Counted from the first letter of the stretch, positions 1 through 11,116 are shown. The stretch: DNA of 64,000 bases from Candidatus Cloacimonadales bacterium (GCA_963663475.2 CAXXJV010000001.1:1632001-1696000), one strand, 5' to 3'. Numbers and translations: made by a program. Notes: generated from the sequence alone by a model not told the origin.

Positions 1-106
1 CAGACCATTCTTCTTTAACATCTTGAATCTTATTTCTTCCGAAGTATTGGCCATTAAGGATAAGTATATTAAGTAAAATTAGGACAATAAATAGATACTT
101 TTTCAA
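1..106 (-). CDS. 5' part (runs off the window) of a secreted protein, probably a peptidase-MA/beta-propeller/BamA-type envelope protein
   Basis: Not in ORF track. TTG start at 106 with AGGAG RBS; translates MKKYLFIVLILLNILILNGQYFGRNKIQDVKEEWS (signal peptide followed by a QYFGRNK motif). Confidence 0.6.
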   Translation of the reverse strand, partial: MKKYLFIVLILLNILILNGQYFGRNKIQDVKEEWS

Positions 107-116
107 TGTTATCTCC

Positions 117-1022
117 TTAGAAAATCTTTAGATCAATATATCTCTTAGGGTTATCTTTTATATCTTGTAGCAAGCTATCAGCCTGGTCAATTGTTTTGTT
201 AAGTTTATCATAAAGTTCTTTTTCTTCGAGTAGTTTCTTAAGCGTGTTGTCAGAGTCTTGGTACTTATCAACAATATTATTCAATCTTGAGACAAAGCCC
301 TTAAGCTCATTGAGATTGCTGTCAAGATTCTGGATAGTCTTAGGAATATTTACCAGACTAGAGTCTATATTACTTTTATTTTTGCTAAGTAAATCAGCGA
401 GAATTTTTGTTGATTTATTTAGATTATCAGAGATTTCTGCAATATCATTTCTATTCTCAGAAATTATTAAATTTATTTGATTAATGGCCTTGTCAGAATT
501 ATGCAACAAGCTTCTAGTAGAATCAATGATATCTAAGTTATTATTAATATTATTGATGAAGATACTTAAATCACTAATAAGAATCTTAGCTTCATTGATC
601 ATGCCATAGATTGAATTTCCAGCTTTACCAGTTTGTATCTTAGAGTAATCAAGTTTATTAGGAGAAGAACCTGGGATTATTTCAATATGGTGACCTCCCA
701 TTAAAGAGCTTTCGGAGGCAATAAAATATGTATCCTCAGCTAGCTGGAAATCAGGTACTTGAATAATAGCTTTCACAAGAACACCATCTTCTAAAAGAGA
801 TATATCACTGGTTTTACCTATTGCAATACCATTAAGCTTAACTTTATCACCAGGATCAATCCCATCTGTTGAAGGGAATTTAATAGTTAATTGAACTCTA
901 TTTCCAGCATAATAAATATCTTTGAGAAAGATGATTCCCATAAAGAGAATAACAAGACCAGCGAGAAAGAATAATCCAACTTTTATTTCAATACTTCTTC
1001 TGTTTTTATAGTAATTACTCAT
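117..1022 (-). CDS. mlaD: MlaD/MCE family protein
   Basis: N-terminal EIKVGLF transmembrane anchor, GIDPGDKVKLNGIAIG MCE motif, helical tail ending DIKDNPKRYI. Confidence 0.85.
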   Translation of the reverse strand: MSNYYKNRRSIEIKVGLFFLAGLVILFMGIIFLKDIYYAGNRVQLTIKFPSTDGIDPGDKVKLNGIAIGKTSDISLLEDGVLVKAIIQVPDFQLAEDTYFIASESSLMGGHHIEIIPGSSPNKLDYSKIQTGKAGNSIYGMINEAKILISDLSIFINNINNNLDIIDSTRSLLHNSDKAINQINLIISENRNDIAEISDNLNKSTKILADLLSKNKSNIDSSLVNIPKTIQNLDSNLNELKGFVSRLNNIVDKYQDSDNTLKKLLEEKELYDKLNKTIDQADSLLQDIKDNPKRYIDLKIF

Positions 1023-1032
1023 ATATTTTATC

Positions 1033-2283
1033 CTAAGTTTTTAATTTCTTTTTTTCAGCTGCAGGGAAGAGAACATTATTTAAGATAAGTCTATACCCTT
1101 GTGAGTTTTTATGAAGATCCAAGACTGTTTCAGGATCTCCAATGAGATGGCGATAATCCTCAGGATCATGTCCCCCGTAAAAGGTGAAAGTTCCTTTACC
1201 AAGATTTCCATGAATATATTTTGTTTCTTCTGAATTGGGAATATCTCCTAAGATAATGACGCTTTTTTTAATAAAGTCCTTTTTAAAGGAGGTGGTCATG
1301 CCCAAGAAACCATCTATAATTGAGGAATGATTTTGGGTTAGCATTGTAGGAACTGGATCAAATTTGGCAGAAAAATCAAAAAGTTGAAAATAATCTGCTT
1401 CAGCTCCTCTAATTGCAGCATAATCTGAACCATCAATATTAGAATACTCGTAGATCATAGGGTTTTCTTCAATCTTAAAATTCTCAAAAGCAAAGGTATG
1501 ATTGAAGTCCATTTGAGAACGATAATTAGGGTCAATACCATCTCCATCAAACTCTTTTGGTACTATATCAAGTCCACCAGCTGCTAAAGCAATATCAATT
1601 GTATCAGTAGCCCCGCACATGGCAAACAGGAAACCACCATCAACTACAAAAGCTCTAATCTTCTCTGCTACTGCATGTTTTAGTTTCCACACTTTTGTGA
1701 AACCTAGTTTACTAGCCATTTCTTCATTTATTCTAACCTCTTCTTGGTACCAATCAGCAAACCTATAAGATGAATAAAACTTGCCAAACTGACCTGTAAA
1801 ATCTTCATGGTGGAGATGAACCCAATCGTAATCATCAAGTCCCTTAGTTATTACCTCTTCATCCCATAAAGTATCATAGTCTATACCTGCATATGTTAGG
1901 GCTAAAGTAACAGCATCATCCCATGGGACTTTATTAGGGGGTGTATAAACAGCTATTTTAGGCTCTACTTCTAGCAGAATAATATCCATATTCTCTTCAT
2001 TAATTGTGGCATAAATAGCTGCAACATCATTAGCTGAAATATTCTCAAAAGAGACACCTGAGATATTGAGGTCATTGATAATAGCTTGACTATCAGAGCA
2101 GAGGAAAGAACCTCCTCTATAGTTGAGTAACCATTTGGCTGTAACCTGATTCTGAAGTGATCTAAAGACTACTCCATAAGCCTTTAAGTGGTTATTCTGA
2201 CTATTATCCATGGGAATTAAAATTTCACTATTTATGATTAAAATACTAGTAAGAATAACTAGCATAAAAAATATCTTTTTCAT
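1033..2283 (-). CDS. Conserved secreted protein, probable class I glutamine-amidotransferase-like fold (family often auto-annotated 'asparagine synthetase B')
   Basis: Signal peptide; HLKAYG, WLLNYRGGSF, HLHHEDFTGQ, GGFLFAMC and GGHDPEDY motifs. Confidence 0.6.
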   Translation of the reverse strand: MKKIFFMLVILTSILIINSEILIPMDNSQNNHLKAYGVVFRSLQNQVTAKWLLNYRGGSFLCSDSQAIINDLNISGVSFENISANDVAAIYATINEENMDIILLEVEPKIAVYTPPNKVPWDDAVTLALTYAGIDYDTLWDEEVITKGLDDYDWVHLHHEDFTGQFGKFYSSYRFADWYQEEVRINEEMASKLGFTKVWKLKHAVAEKIRAFVVDGGFLFAMCGATDTIDIALAAGGLDIVPKEFDGDGIDPNYRSQMDFNHTFAFENFKIEENPMIYEYSNIDGSDYAAIRGAEADYFQLFDFSAKFDPVPTMLTQNHSSIIDGFLGMTTSFKKDFIKKSVIILGDIPNSEETKYIHGNLGKGTFTFYGGHDPEDYRHLIGDPETVLDLHKNSQGYRLILNNVLFPAAEKKKLKT

Positions 2284-3398
2284 TAGTCCTCCATAAGTTC
2301 TGAGATAATATAATTAGAGATAAACCTGCTCTTATCAGTCAAGTATATTTTCTCATCATTTTGTTTTATTAAGTTCTGACTACTAAAAAGTTCTAGAATA
2401 GCCTTCTTCTCTTTTACCATATCATAAGCATATATTTCTTTAAGTTTACTAAGAGAAAGGCCTTGATTAAGTCTGAGTTGCAGCATGATATATTCATTAA
2501 GCTTATCATGTCTCGATAAGAATTCTTGCTCAGGAAAGAGGATTTCTTTCCTAATAGACTGCTCCCACTCATTAAAACTACTATTATTATAACGGATTTT
2601 ATCTATTGTGCCATAGGCACCTGCTCCTAAACCTAAATAATCTTTTTGCTGCCAATAGGCTAAATTATGTTGAGACTGATATCTGCCTTTGCTAAAATTA
2701 GAAATTTCATATTGAGTAAACCCCGCTTCCTTTAGTCTGGTGCAGATTAATAAATACATATCAGCTACTAATTCATCTTCAGGAATTAAAGATCTGTCTG
2801 GATAGAGAGGAGCATCAGAATCTAAGGATAAGCAATAGATAGAAATATGATTTAATTCTAGTTCTATAAATTTATCAATATCTCTTTCAACATCAGAAAT
2901 CTTCTGTTTAGGAAGACCATATATTAAATCTCCAGAAATATTAGTAAAATTAGAATAACGTAAATTTTGCAATGTAGTTTTTACTTGCTTTGCCTTATGC
3001 TTCCTGCCTAAGTAGTCTAAAAATCTATCATCTAAGGATTGGATTCCTAAAGAAAGCCTGTTTATCTGAGTCTTAGCTAAATTATCAATATACTTGGGGG
3101 TAAGGGTTATTGGATTGCATTCAAGACTTATCTCACAAGTAAGTTTATTGCCATGTAATAGCTGGATAATTTCTTCTATCTGATTGGGAGTTAGTAAGGA
3201 AGGACTACCTCCACCCAAATAAATTGTTTGAGGAAGCAGGTCATATAGATTATTTACCAGGCCTATCTCCTGCCTTAAAATCTCTAAATAGTCTTTTTGC
3301 TTTGCTAGAGAGAAATTTTGTGTATAGAAAGAGCAATAACCACATCTACTAGTGCAGAAGGGGTAATGGATATATATATGATTTATAGTCTGCTTCAC
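2283..3398 (-). CDS. hemW: Radical SAM heme chaperone HemW (HemN-like)
   Basis: YIHYPFCTSRCGYCSF CxxxCxxC motif, GGGSPS, YEISNF, HNLAYW, YLGLGAGA. Confidence 0.9.
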   Translation of the reverse strand: MKQTINHIYIHYPFCTSRCGYCSFYTQNFSLAKQKDYLEILRQEIGLVNNLYDLLPQTIYLGGGSPSLLTPNQIEEIIQLLHGNKLTCEISLECNPITLTPKYIDNLAKTQINRLSLGIQSLDDRFLDYLGRKHKAKQVKTTLQNLRYSNFTNISGDLIYGLPKQKISDVERDIDKFIELELNHISIYCLSLDSDAPLYPDRSLIPEDELVADMYLLICTRLKEAGFTQYEISNFSKGRYQSQHNLAYWQQKDYLGLGAGAYGTIDKIRYNNSSFNEWEQSIRKEILFPEQEFLSRHDKLNEYIMLQLRLNQGLSLSKLKEIYAYDMVKEKKAILELFSSQNLIKQNDEKIYLTDKSRFISNYIISELMED

Positions 3399-4441
3399 TA
3401 TTTAACTAACTTAAATATTCTTTCCCAGCGAATTTTACCTGACCTGTTAACTGCATCGCGTCCTTGCATTCTATCAACAGAAGATTCATCTCTTGAGAAG
3501 AAGATTATACTTGGAGTTCCGCTAATATTATCACGTGAGAGAAAGCCCCAGTATCTTCCATCATAACTATTGTTTCTGTTATCTCCCATGACAAAATAAT
3601 GCTCTTCAGGTACTACTACCGGACCAAAATTATCTGGAGTACCCATAGCTTGATTATCCCATGTTATCTGATAAGGTTGGTGTTGGCTAGTATTATATTG
3701 TCTGAGATAAGGTAACATTCTCTTGTCAGGACCAAGTAAATTTGCATCACTTAAGTCTTCATTCAAACCATTAAAATTAAAATAAATATATTGGGCTACA
3801 GCTTCAGGAGTATTTGATCCAAAATCTCTCATAAACTTACTTCTGTTATTGTTATAAAGGTCTGTAAAAATATTTAGTAGTTTAGAGTAATTAAAATAAG
3901 TCTTATATACTCCATGGAAATTACCTAAATTTTGACCATTAACAATAATTTCCCTATTTACTACTTGAACAGTATCACCTGGTTCACCTATAACTCTTTT
4001 AACAACATTTTTCGGAGCGTAATAGGTTATTCCAAACCAAGTCCAAGCATGAATATCAAAAAATTTAGCAGTGTTAATGAATAAAGGTGGATATAATTTC
4101 TTATAATGACCTGTATATTTAGCAAAAGGATTTAAAGAATTTTGAGGATCACTTAAGTCAAAATCATTGGGATTATCTGGGTCGGTTGGCATTCTAAAAG
4201 TAACAATCTCACCTTGCTTAGGGTCTGTGAAATGATATTTCATTTTATTAGCGACTAAGTAATCGCCAACTAAAAGCGTGTTTTCCATTGAACCAGAGGG
4301 GATTTTGAAGTTTTGAAAGGTGAAATTACGGATTATCATGGCTACAACCAAGGCATAGAGAATGGCTTCTACCCAGTCTTGAACAAAAGGCTTTTTCTTC
4401 TTTGCTAAATGCTTTCTATCGTTATTTATCTTATTTTTCAT
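3398..4441 (-). CDS. lepB: Signal peptidase I
   Basis: IPSGSMENTL catalytic Ser, VKRVIG catalytic Lys, GDNRNNSYDGRYWG box. Confidence 0.95.
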   Translation of the reverse strand: MKNKINNDRKHLAKKKKPFVQDWVEAILYALVVAMIIRNFTFQNFKIPSGSMENTLLVGDYLVANKMKYHFTDPKQGEIVTFRMPTDPDNPNDFDLSDPQNSLNPFAKYTGHYKKLYPPLFINTAKFFDIHAWTWFGITYYAPKNVVKRVIGEPGDTVQVVNREIIVNGQNLGNFHGVYKTYFNYSKLLNIFTDLYNNNRSKFMRDFGSNTPEAVAQYIYFNFNGLNEDLSDANLLGPDKRMLPYLRQYNTSQHQPYQITWDNQAMGTPDNFGPVVVPEEHYFVMGDNRNNSYDGRYWGFLSRDNISGTPSIIFFSRDESSVDRMQGRDAVNRSGKIRWERIFKLVK

Positions 4442-4701
4442 AGTTTATAGACCTTTATTTTAGCTTTATTCAACACAAATACTTAAGTCTTCTCAGTGTG
4501 GTTTAAGACCCTATATCATGGTTAAATTTATTTTAGATTAATCTTTTTCATAGACTGCGTCAATGTCAATATAAAAATTTATCAAGCCATAAAGTTACGT
4601 AATAAATTAATTGATGGCAGGCCATTCTTTCTTCATGAGCAAGTGGAAGCATCACTACTTCCACTTGCTAGTAAAAATTCTCTTATTCTCTTGTTTCCCT
4701 G

Positions 4702-6186
4702 TTAAGGTAAGTACTTACCACATCTGACTTCTAGTTCTTTATAAGCTAGATGTAGATCAAGTTGAGCATCAATGAAGTCAGAATAAGCTTTTTGCCATTT
4801 AGTTTGGGCATTTAGTAAATTAGTAAGCTCAGTCATACCCACTTGGTAGTTATCTGTTTCTAGGAGAAGGTATTCATCAGCTTGCTTGAGAGCAGATTGG
4901 GCTAAGGTTAATTTAGCTATTTTGTTATCAACATTAGTTAATGATTGATTAATCTGGAGAATCATCAGTTGACTAGTATTTTCAAGATTAAAGCCTGCTT
5001 CTTTATACTTAGCTTTTGCCTCATTCACTTTATAGATACTTTCTCCCCATTGGAAGATAGGAAAAGATAGTTGAGCCATAGCATTAGCAGAGAAGTCATC
5101 ATGATTTTGATCATTTAATTGATAACTCAAATAATTATATGAAGCTAGAAGGCCAATTTGAGGAAGAAAATCAGACCGTTTAAGTTTGATATTTTGTTTA
5201 GCGACTTCTTCTTGAATTTTTAACATTTGATAGTCATATCTGTGGAGATAATCTTCTTGAGAAAAATCATGAAAGTCTATTACACTTAGCAAGTTAGAAA
5301 GGGTATCTTGGGGAATTATCAGACTATTTAGGGGAAGACCAGTTTTTTGGGCTAGAGCCATAGAGGCTAAGTTAAGTCCATTTTCTGCTTCCTTATCGAG
5401 GAGAGCGACCTCATTATATTTAACTCTTGCTTGCAAAACTTGGTTTTTGTTAACCATACCAACCTCGTAAGAATTTTCCACCTTAAGCAAGATATTATTA
5501 ACAAGTTGAAGATATTTCTCAGTAAGTTGCTTTTTTTGATTGAGAGAAACTAGACGCCAGTAGTCTTTTTCAGTTTCAAATAGAAGATTTTCTTTAATAA
5601 GTTTGAGATTCAGTTGGCTAGCTTCATATCCTAGAGAAGCCATTTTATAGGCCGAAGTAACTTTACCACCTGTATAGATGGCTTGTTTTAAAGAAAGTGC
5701 TGAAGTGAAGCCACTTTTGGGGAGGACTTCTAGATCTTTATCAGGGAAAAGGGCATATTGGTTAAAGATAGGATTGCCATCCTCACCATATACAGGTTGA
5801 TTAGTGAGGGGATTGATGTAAAGATTAGGGTCAAGTTGACCAGACTCAGGATTGAAGTTGTAGGTAGGAAGATAGCCTCCTTCCAGAGTCATTTTAGTAG
5901 ATTCTGATCTAAGCAGGTAATTTGCTGAGAGGTCAAATTTAGGTAGATAATTAGTGAAAAGAGATGACTTTTTGTTCTTTGAACCAGTCACCATTTCTTC
6001 ACTTTTCTTGATTAGTTTATTGTTTTGCAGGGCAAGATCTTGAGCTTGCTGGAGGGATAAAGTCAAGCTAGCAGACTTCTCACTAGATATTTCTATTGGG
6101 GAAATAGCAGAAGCACTTAAGCAAGTAAGACTTACTAATAGGGCACAGATAAAGGCTAGTTTTAATTTGTTATTTATCTTAGACAT
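4702..6186 (-). CDS. TolC family outer-membrane efflux protein
   Basis: Signal peptide, two OEP-type repeats (YLPKFDL; FLPQIGL), last gene of the RND operon; ATG at 6186 has an AGGAGA RBS. Confidence 0.9.
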   Translation of the reverse strand: MSKINNKLKLAFICALLVSLTCLSASAISPIEISSEKSASLTLSLQQAQDLALQNNKLIKKSEEMVTGSKNKKSSLFTNYLPKFDLSANYLLRSESTKMTLEGGYLPTYNFNPESGQLDPNLYINPLTNQPVYGEDGNPIFNQYALFPDKDLEVLPKSGFTSALSLKQAIYTGGKVTSAYKMASLGYEASQLNLKLIKENLLFETEKDYWRLVSLNQKKQLTEKYLQLVNNILLKVENSYEVGMVNKNQVLQARVKYNEVALLDKEAENGLNLASMALAQKTGLPLNSLIIPQDTLSNLLSVIDFHDFSQEDYLHRYDYQMLKIQEEVAKQNIKLKRSDFLPQIGLLASYNYLSYQLNDQNHDDFSANAMAQLSFPIFQWGESIYKVNEAKAKYKEAGFNLENTSQLMILQINQSLTNVDNKIAKLTLAQSALKQADEYLLLETDNYQVGMTELTNLLNAQTKWQKAYSDFIDAQLDLHLAYKELEVRCGKYLP

Positions 6187-6187
6187 A

Positions 6188-9100
6188 TTATTCTCCTGTA
6201 TAGTCATGTAAAGGTTTGATGTTAAAGAAAAGTGAGTAGAGTAGGGGTAAGAGAATCAAGGTTACTAAGGTACCTATAAGGAGTCCACACATGATAGTAA
6301 CAGCTAAAGAACCAAACATAGGGTCTGAAACTAAGGGAATCATACCTAGAATAGTTGTAAGTGAGGCCATCATAACAGGTCTGAATCTTGCTATAGCAGA
6401 ATCAAAAACTGCCTTAAAAGGGTTTTTACCTGATTTAATATCAAAATCAATTGAGTCTATTAGGACCACACCATTTTTGATAAGCATACCTGATAAACCA
6501 ATAACTCCAACTATAGCCACAAAACCAAATTCTTTGCCAGTAAGGATCAAGCCAGGGATAACACCAATCATGGCAAAGGGGAGACATAATAGTATAGTAA
6601 ACATCTTAGCATAGCTATTAAAGAGAGCGATTAGGATTAAGATAATAAGTACAAAAGCAACTGGGGTAAACATAATAATATATTTCATTGCACTTTTTTG
6701 ATCATACTGTTCACCATACCATTCCAGAGAATAGCCTCTAGGAAGTTGCATAGCTTCAATCTTAGCTTTCACATCAGAAAAGAGAATATCAGCATTATAG
6801 CCAGGAGCAGGGTCACATTGAGCCATAATAGCTCGACTACCGTTATGTCTGCGGATTACTTCTTGGAAAGACTTTACTTCAATATCATTGGAAACAGAGC
6901 TAAGTGGGGAAGAGCTAAGAATAGATTCTTTTATTTCATCTAATGATTTTACTCCAGCTGCCATAAGTTTTAAATCGTTTTTACTAATATCTAAATTTGG
7001 CATGATACTCCAGACAGGGACATCTTTTAAATCACGAATTCTATTACCGTCAGCTTCCACAGACTTAACAATAATGGGCAGTTGTTTGTTTCCTTCATAA
7101 TAGGTACTTACAGGAGCACCATCAGTAGCCATCAAGAGAGAAGTAGCAACTTCAGTCCTATCAATTCCTACTCTTCTACCCTTACTTTGCTGATAATCAA
7201 CAGCTAAAAGTTTACCTTGGTCTTCCCAGTCATCGGTCACACTCATTGCATAAGGTGATTGACGCATAATATCTTTAGCTTGATCTGCTAGGTCTTTCAA
7301 AACTGCAACATCGTTTCCTTTGAAGAGGGCTTCAACAGAGTAATGACTATTAACAATTAAATTATATAATCTAACCCTTGCTTTAGCTTCAGGATACTGT
7401 TTTATTAAGTGGGTCTGAATTTTATCTTTCAGAGAAATCATTGTTTCATAGTCTTTAAAATCAACAATTAACTCCCCATAACTTTTTGAGTTTTCAGAAA
7501 TAGTTCTAACTAAATTATAACGTGTTGGTGTGCCTCCTAAACTCATTGTTATATTTGATACACCATCTAAGCTTTGGAGATATTGGCTAATTTCTTTCAA
7601 ATCAGACTCTACTCTTTGGATTTTTCTTGTTTCAGGTAGCTTATATTCAATATAAACTTGGTTATAGGTGAAGTCTGGGAAAAAGGCCTTTCTGATATAT
7701 CTGAAAGAAAATAGAGAAATAATTAATAAAACTAGGGCAATTGCTATGCTAGCTGAGCGAAGTCTAAAAGCTCTATTGAGTAAAACTTTAAATATTTTAT
7801 AAAAGAAGGAATTATTTTCTTTTTTACTATTTCCATGCTTATCTTTTTTTCTAGGGTAGAGAACTCTCTCAGCTCCTAAAGGTATTTGAGTTAGAGCAAA
7901 TATCCAGCTAAAGAGGAGGGTAACAGCAAGTACAATAAAGAGGTCACGAGTATAAGTTCCAGCAGTATCAGGAGAGAAGAATATTGGCAGGAAGGAGATT
8001 ATTGCTATCATTGTAGCACCTAGAAGGGGGAGGGCTGTCTTTTTTGCTGTTGAACGAAGAGCTTCTTTCCTGTCCACCCCTTTATTTAAATCCACTAAAA
8101 TACCATCTACAACGACAATAGCATTATCTACTAGCATACCCATTGCTACAATAATGGAAGCAAGAGAAACACGTTGGAGTGTTCCTCCTAAGATAAAAAG
8201 AACAACAAAAGATGATAAGATAGTATAGATTAGTCCTTTACCTATCAAAATACCACTCTTGAAACCCATAGTGAAGAGTAATACAATAATAACAATAAGA
8301 ATAGATTGAATTAGGTTAGACATGAATTGCCAAATAGCAGTATTAACTTTTTCAGGTTGATAAAAAACTTTATGGAAATCTATTCCTATAGGTAATTCTT
8401 GTTTAGTAATGGCTAGTTGCTCTTCCACCCTTTTACCTAACTCAACAATATTATCCCCAGCTTCCATAGAAATGGAAATACCAATTGACTCTTTATCGTT
8501 ATAGAGCATCTTCTTACTAATAGGAGTCTTGATTCTTTTTTCTACACTAGCGATGTCTTTTAATAAAAGCATGTCTTGCTCATGACCTTTTATTACTAGA
8601 TTTTCTATATCTTCTAAAGACTCAAAACTATTAGCAACTTCTAATCTAATTCTACTATCTTGATTTTCAAAGTAACCAGCATAGACAACTTTATCTTGGG
8701 CTTGAACAGTTAAAAGAATTTCAGCAGGTAAGACACCTAAGTTTGCCATTTTAGCTGGATGCATCTCTACATAAACTGCATAGTCTTGTTTGCCATTAAG
8801 CTGAACTCTCCTGACACCTTCTACCGTTAAGAGGTCTCGTTTAATTCTCTCAGCAAAGTCTTGCATCTCATCATAAGAATAACCATCAGCTGTCATTGCA
8901 TAAAAAATACCATAGATATCACCAAAGTCATCTATAACAACAGGGGTATATGCTTGGGCAGGTAAAGATAATTTAGCTCTCTCTACCTTTCTTCTAAGTA
9001 TATCCCACATCTGTTCTACTTCAGCATCCTTGACTGTTGTCTCTAAACTAATCTGAATTTCTGAATAGTTAGCTAAAGAACGGGAAGTAACCTTTTCTAG

Positions 9101-9328
9101 TTGACCCATAGTTTTAATTTCATCTTCTAAAACCTTGGTAACCTCAAGTTCAACTTGATTAGGATTAGCTCCTGGATAATAGGTAGCTACAACAGCCTTC
9201 TTTACTTTTATCTCAGGGTCTTCTAACTTACTGATAAAATGAAAGCTGACAATACCACCTAAAGAGAGAATTAAGATGAGGAAATAGACTATTCGCTTAT
9301 TGTTAAAAGCAAAATCTGTTAGGCTCAT
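6188..9328 (-). CDS. RND efflux permease (AcrB/AcrD/AcrF family)
   Basis: 1046 aa; GMLVDNAIVVVD and RFRPVMMASLTTILGMIPL signatures. Confidence 0.95.
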   Translation of the reverse strand: MSLTDFAFNNKRIVYFLILILSLGGIVSFHFISKLEDPEIKVKKAVVATYYPGANPNQVELEVTKVLEDEIKTMGQLEKVTSRSLANYSEIQISLETTVKDAEVEQMWDILRRKVERAKLSLPAQAYTPVVIDDFGDIYGIFYAMTADGYSYDEMQDFAERIKRDLLTVEGVRRVQLNGKQDYAVYVEMHPAKMANLGVLPAEILLTVQAQDKVVYAGYFENQDSRIRLEVANSFESLEDIENLVIKGHEQDMLLLKDIASVEKRIKTPISKKMLYNDKESIGISISMEAGDNIVELGKRVEEQLAITKQELPIGIDFHKVFYQPEKVNTAIWQFMSNLIQSILIVIIVLLFTMGFKSGILIGKGLIYTILSSFVVLFILGGTLQRVSLASIIVAMGMLVDNAIVVVDGILVDLNKGVDRKEALRSTAKKTALPLLGATMIAIISFLPIFFSPDTAGTYTRDLFIVLAVTLLFSWIFALTQIPLGAERVLYPRKKDKHGNSKKENNSFFYKIFKVLLNRAFRLRSASIAIALVLLIISLFSFRYIRKAFFPDFTYNQVYIEYKLPETRKIQRVESDLKEISQYLQSLDGVSNITMSLGGTPTRYNLVRTISENSKSYGELIVDFKDYETMISLKDKIQTHLIKQYPEAKARVRLYNLIVNSHYSVEALFKGNDVAVLKDLADQAKDIMRQSPYAMSVTDDWEDQGKLLAVDYQQSKGRRVGIDRTEVATSLLMATDGAPVSTYYEGNKQLPIIVKSVEADGNRIRDLKDVPVWSIMPNLDISKNDLKLMAAGVKSLDEIKESILSSSPLSSVSNDIEVKSFQEVIRRHNGSRAIMAQCDPAPGYNADILFSDVKAKIEAMQLPRGYSLEWYGEQYDQKSAMKYIIMFTPVAFVLIILILIALFNSYAKMFTILLCLPFAMIGVIPGLILTGKEFGFVAIVGVIGLSGMLIKNGVVLIDSIDFDIKSGKNPFKAVFDSAIARFRPVMMASLTTILGMIPLVSDPMFGSLAVTIMCGLLIGTLVTLILLPLLYSLFFNIKPLHDYTGE

Positions 9329-10419
9329 AGTAAGCCTCCATAGTTACTAGGAGATGGTTCTTTAACAGGGATAACTTCTTGCTTGTCCATTAATTCATGA
9401 ACACCTGCTTTAATGACTTTATCTCCTGCTTGTAAGCCATCACTAATCATGACAAGTCCACTATCATCTATACCAACAATCTTGATTATTCTTTTATTTA
9501 CTATATATTTGCCTTGCTTATCTTGAGTGCACAACCAAACATATGATTCATCCTTTGTTTGGATAATTGATTCCATTGGTACCTTGATAACTCTTTGATC
9601 TTCACTTGTTTCTAACTCATATGTTATCTCAACTTCACAATCCATTCCTACTGCCATATCTGTATTATATTTTTGGCTATCTTTAACTTTGAAATAAACT
9701 CTATAAAGAGAATTTAAATTTGATTTATGTTTTATATTAACTAACTCTAGAGGAATCTTACTCTGAGGTATTGATTCTAAAGTAACATTAAAAGAAGAAA
9801 ACTTATCTCTATTAACATAGACAATGGCTGGAATATCACATTGAACTTGCAAGTTCTTATCACTAATCATGGATATTAGTGGTAAACCTGCTTTAACTAT
9901 TTCACCTTGCTCAAAGAAGATATCTTGGATAAAACCACTGTATGGGGCTAGCAATTCAACATCATTGAGGGAATTCTGCATGCTTTGATATTTAGCTGTG
10001 ATTTGACTTAGCCCTGATACCGCTTTCTCATAATCATTTGCTGAAACATTGCCTTTTTTGTAGAGACTTTCAATTCTTTGAACCTCATTAGAAATTTGGT
10101 CATATTGAGCCTTCACTGCAGAATATTGTAATTGATAATCCCTATCATCAAGTTTTGCCAAAAGCTGGCCTTCCTCAACATACTGGCCTTCCTCAACAAA
10201 TACTGCTTCTATTGGTCCTGCTAATCTAAAAGACAAGTTGGCTTTTTTACCTTCTACAAGAGTTCCTGCAAAAGCTCTGACCTCTGTTCTGGTAATATCC
10301 TCTATCTCATATAATTTTACTAATTTGCTTTTTACTTGATTAATCCTTACTTCTTCTTTACAAGCAAGCACTGATAGGAAAACTATCAACATTGTTATTG
10401 TTTTAAGTATATTTTTCAT
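9325..10419 (-). CDS. RND periplasmic adaptor (membrane fusion lipoprotein)
   Basis: Lipobox VLAC, lipoyl-like motif VEEGQYVEEGQLLAKLD, position in the operon. Confidence 0.9.
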   Translation of the reverse strand: MKNILKTITMLIVFLSVLACKEEVRINQVKSKLVKLYEIEDITRTEVRAFAGTLVEGKKANLSFRLAGPIEAVFVEEGQYVEEGQLLAKLDDRDYQLQYSAVKAQYDQISNEVQRIESLYKKGNVSANDYEKAVSGLSQITAKYQSMQNSLNDVELLAPYSGFIQDIFFEQGEIVKAGLPLISMISDKNLQVQCDIPAIVYVNRDKFSSFNVTLESIPQSKIPLELVNIKHKSNLNSLYRVYFKVKDSQKYNTDMAVGMDCEVEITYELETSEDQRVIKVPMESIIQTKDESYVWLCTQDKQGKYIVNKRIIKIVGIDDSGLVMISDGLQAGDKVIKAGVHELMDKQEVIPVKEPSPSNYGGLL

Positions 10420-10427
10420 CTTACCTC

Positions 10428-10994
10428 CTACTTTTGTAGTCCTCTAATTATTAGTTTGTTAAAAATATTGATTTTTTCTTTAATTGTTTCATCTGAATCA
10501 TGACTGTAGATAGATAGCTGTAAGGTCTCTCTAATTATCTCTATGAGTAATCTCAGATTTATGTCTTCAATAATTTTACCCTGGTCTTGAAACTGCTTAA
10601 AAAGCAGGTAAAACTTTTCTTCCAACTTTAATAGATAATCTTCTATCTGCTTCTTAATAAAAGGGTATTCAACATAGATTTCATTTACTAAAACCCTCAA
10701 CTTACCTACAGATAACTCTTCCAAAGAATGCATACTCTCAGATACTAATTCTTCAAAAGAAGTAGATTCTAAATAATAGTTGTAGAATTTTGCGAAAGTA
10801 TTTTCATAGAAATAAAAGGCAATCTTACTGACTAAATCAGCCTTACTACCGATAATTTTATAAAGAGTAGCCTTTGCTAAGTTACATTGTTTGGCAAGTT
10901 GGTCCATGTTTAAGTTACTCAGACCATTATCTAAAACTGCTTCTTTAGCTTTAACAAATACTAAATCGATAATTTCATTGTTTTCTACTTTCAT
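10428..10994 (-). CDS. TetR/AcrR family regulator
   Basis: HTH MDQLAKQCNLAKATLYK; ATG at 10994 has a GGAG RBS; heads the efflux operon. Confidence 0.85.
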   Translation of the reverse strand: MKVENNEIIDLVFVKAKEAVLDNGLSNLNMDQLAKQCNLAKATLYKIIGSKADLVSKIAFYFYENTFAKFYNYYLESTSFEELVSESMHSLEELSVGKLRVLVNEIYVEYPFIKKQIEDYLLKLEEKFYLLFKQFQDQGKIIEDINLRLLIEIIRETLQLSIYSHDSDETIKEKINIFNKLIIRGLQK

Positions 10995-11116
10995 TATTGA
11001 ACTCCATATGTTAGTTGAGTTCATTTTTCTCTAAGTCCAATATTTAGTCAAGGAAGAAATTTCTTGCCAAAAGTTACCTATTCTCCAAGAATGAAAATAA
11101 AAAGGGTAGTTAAAAG

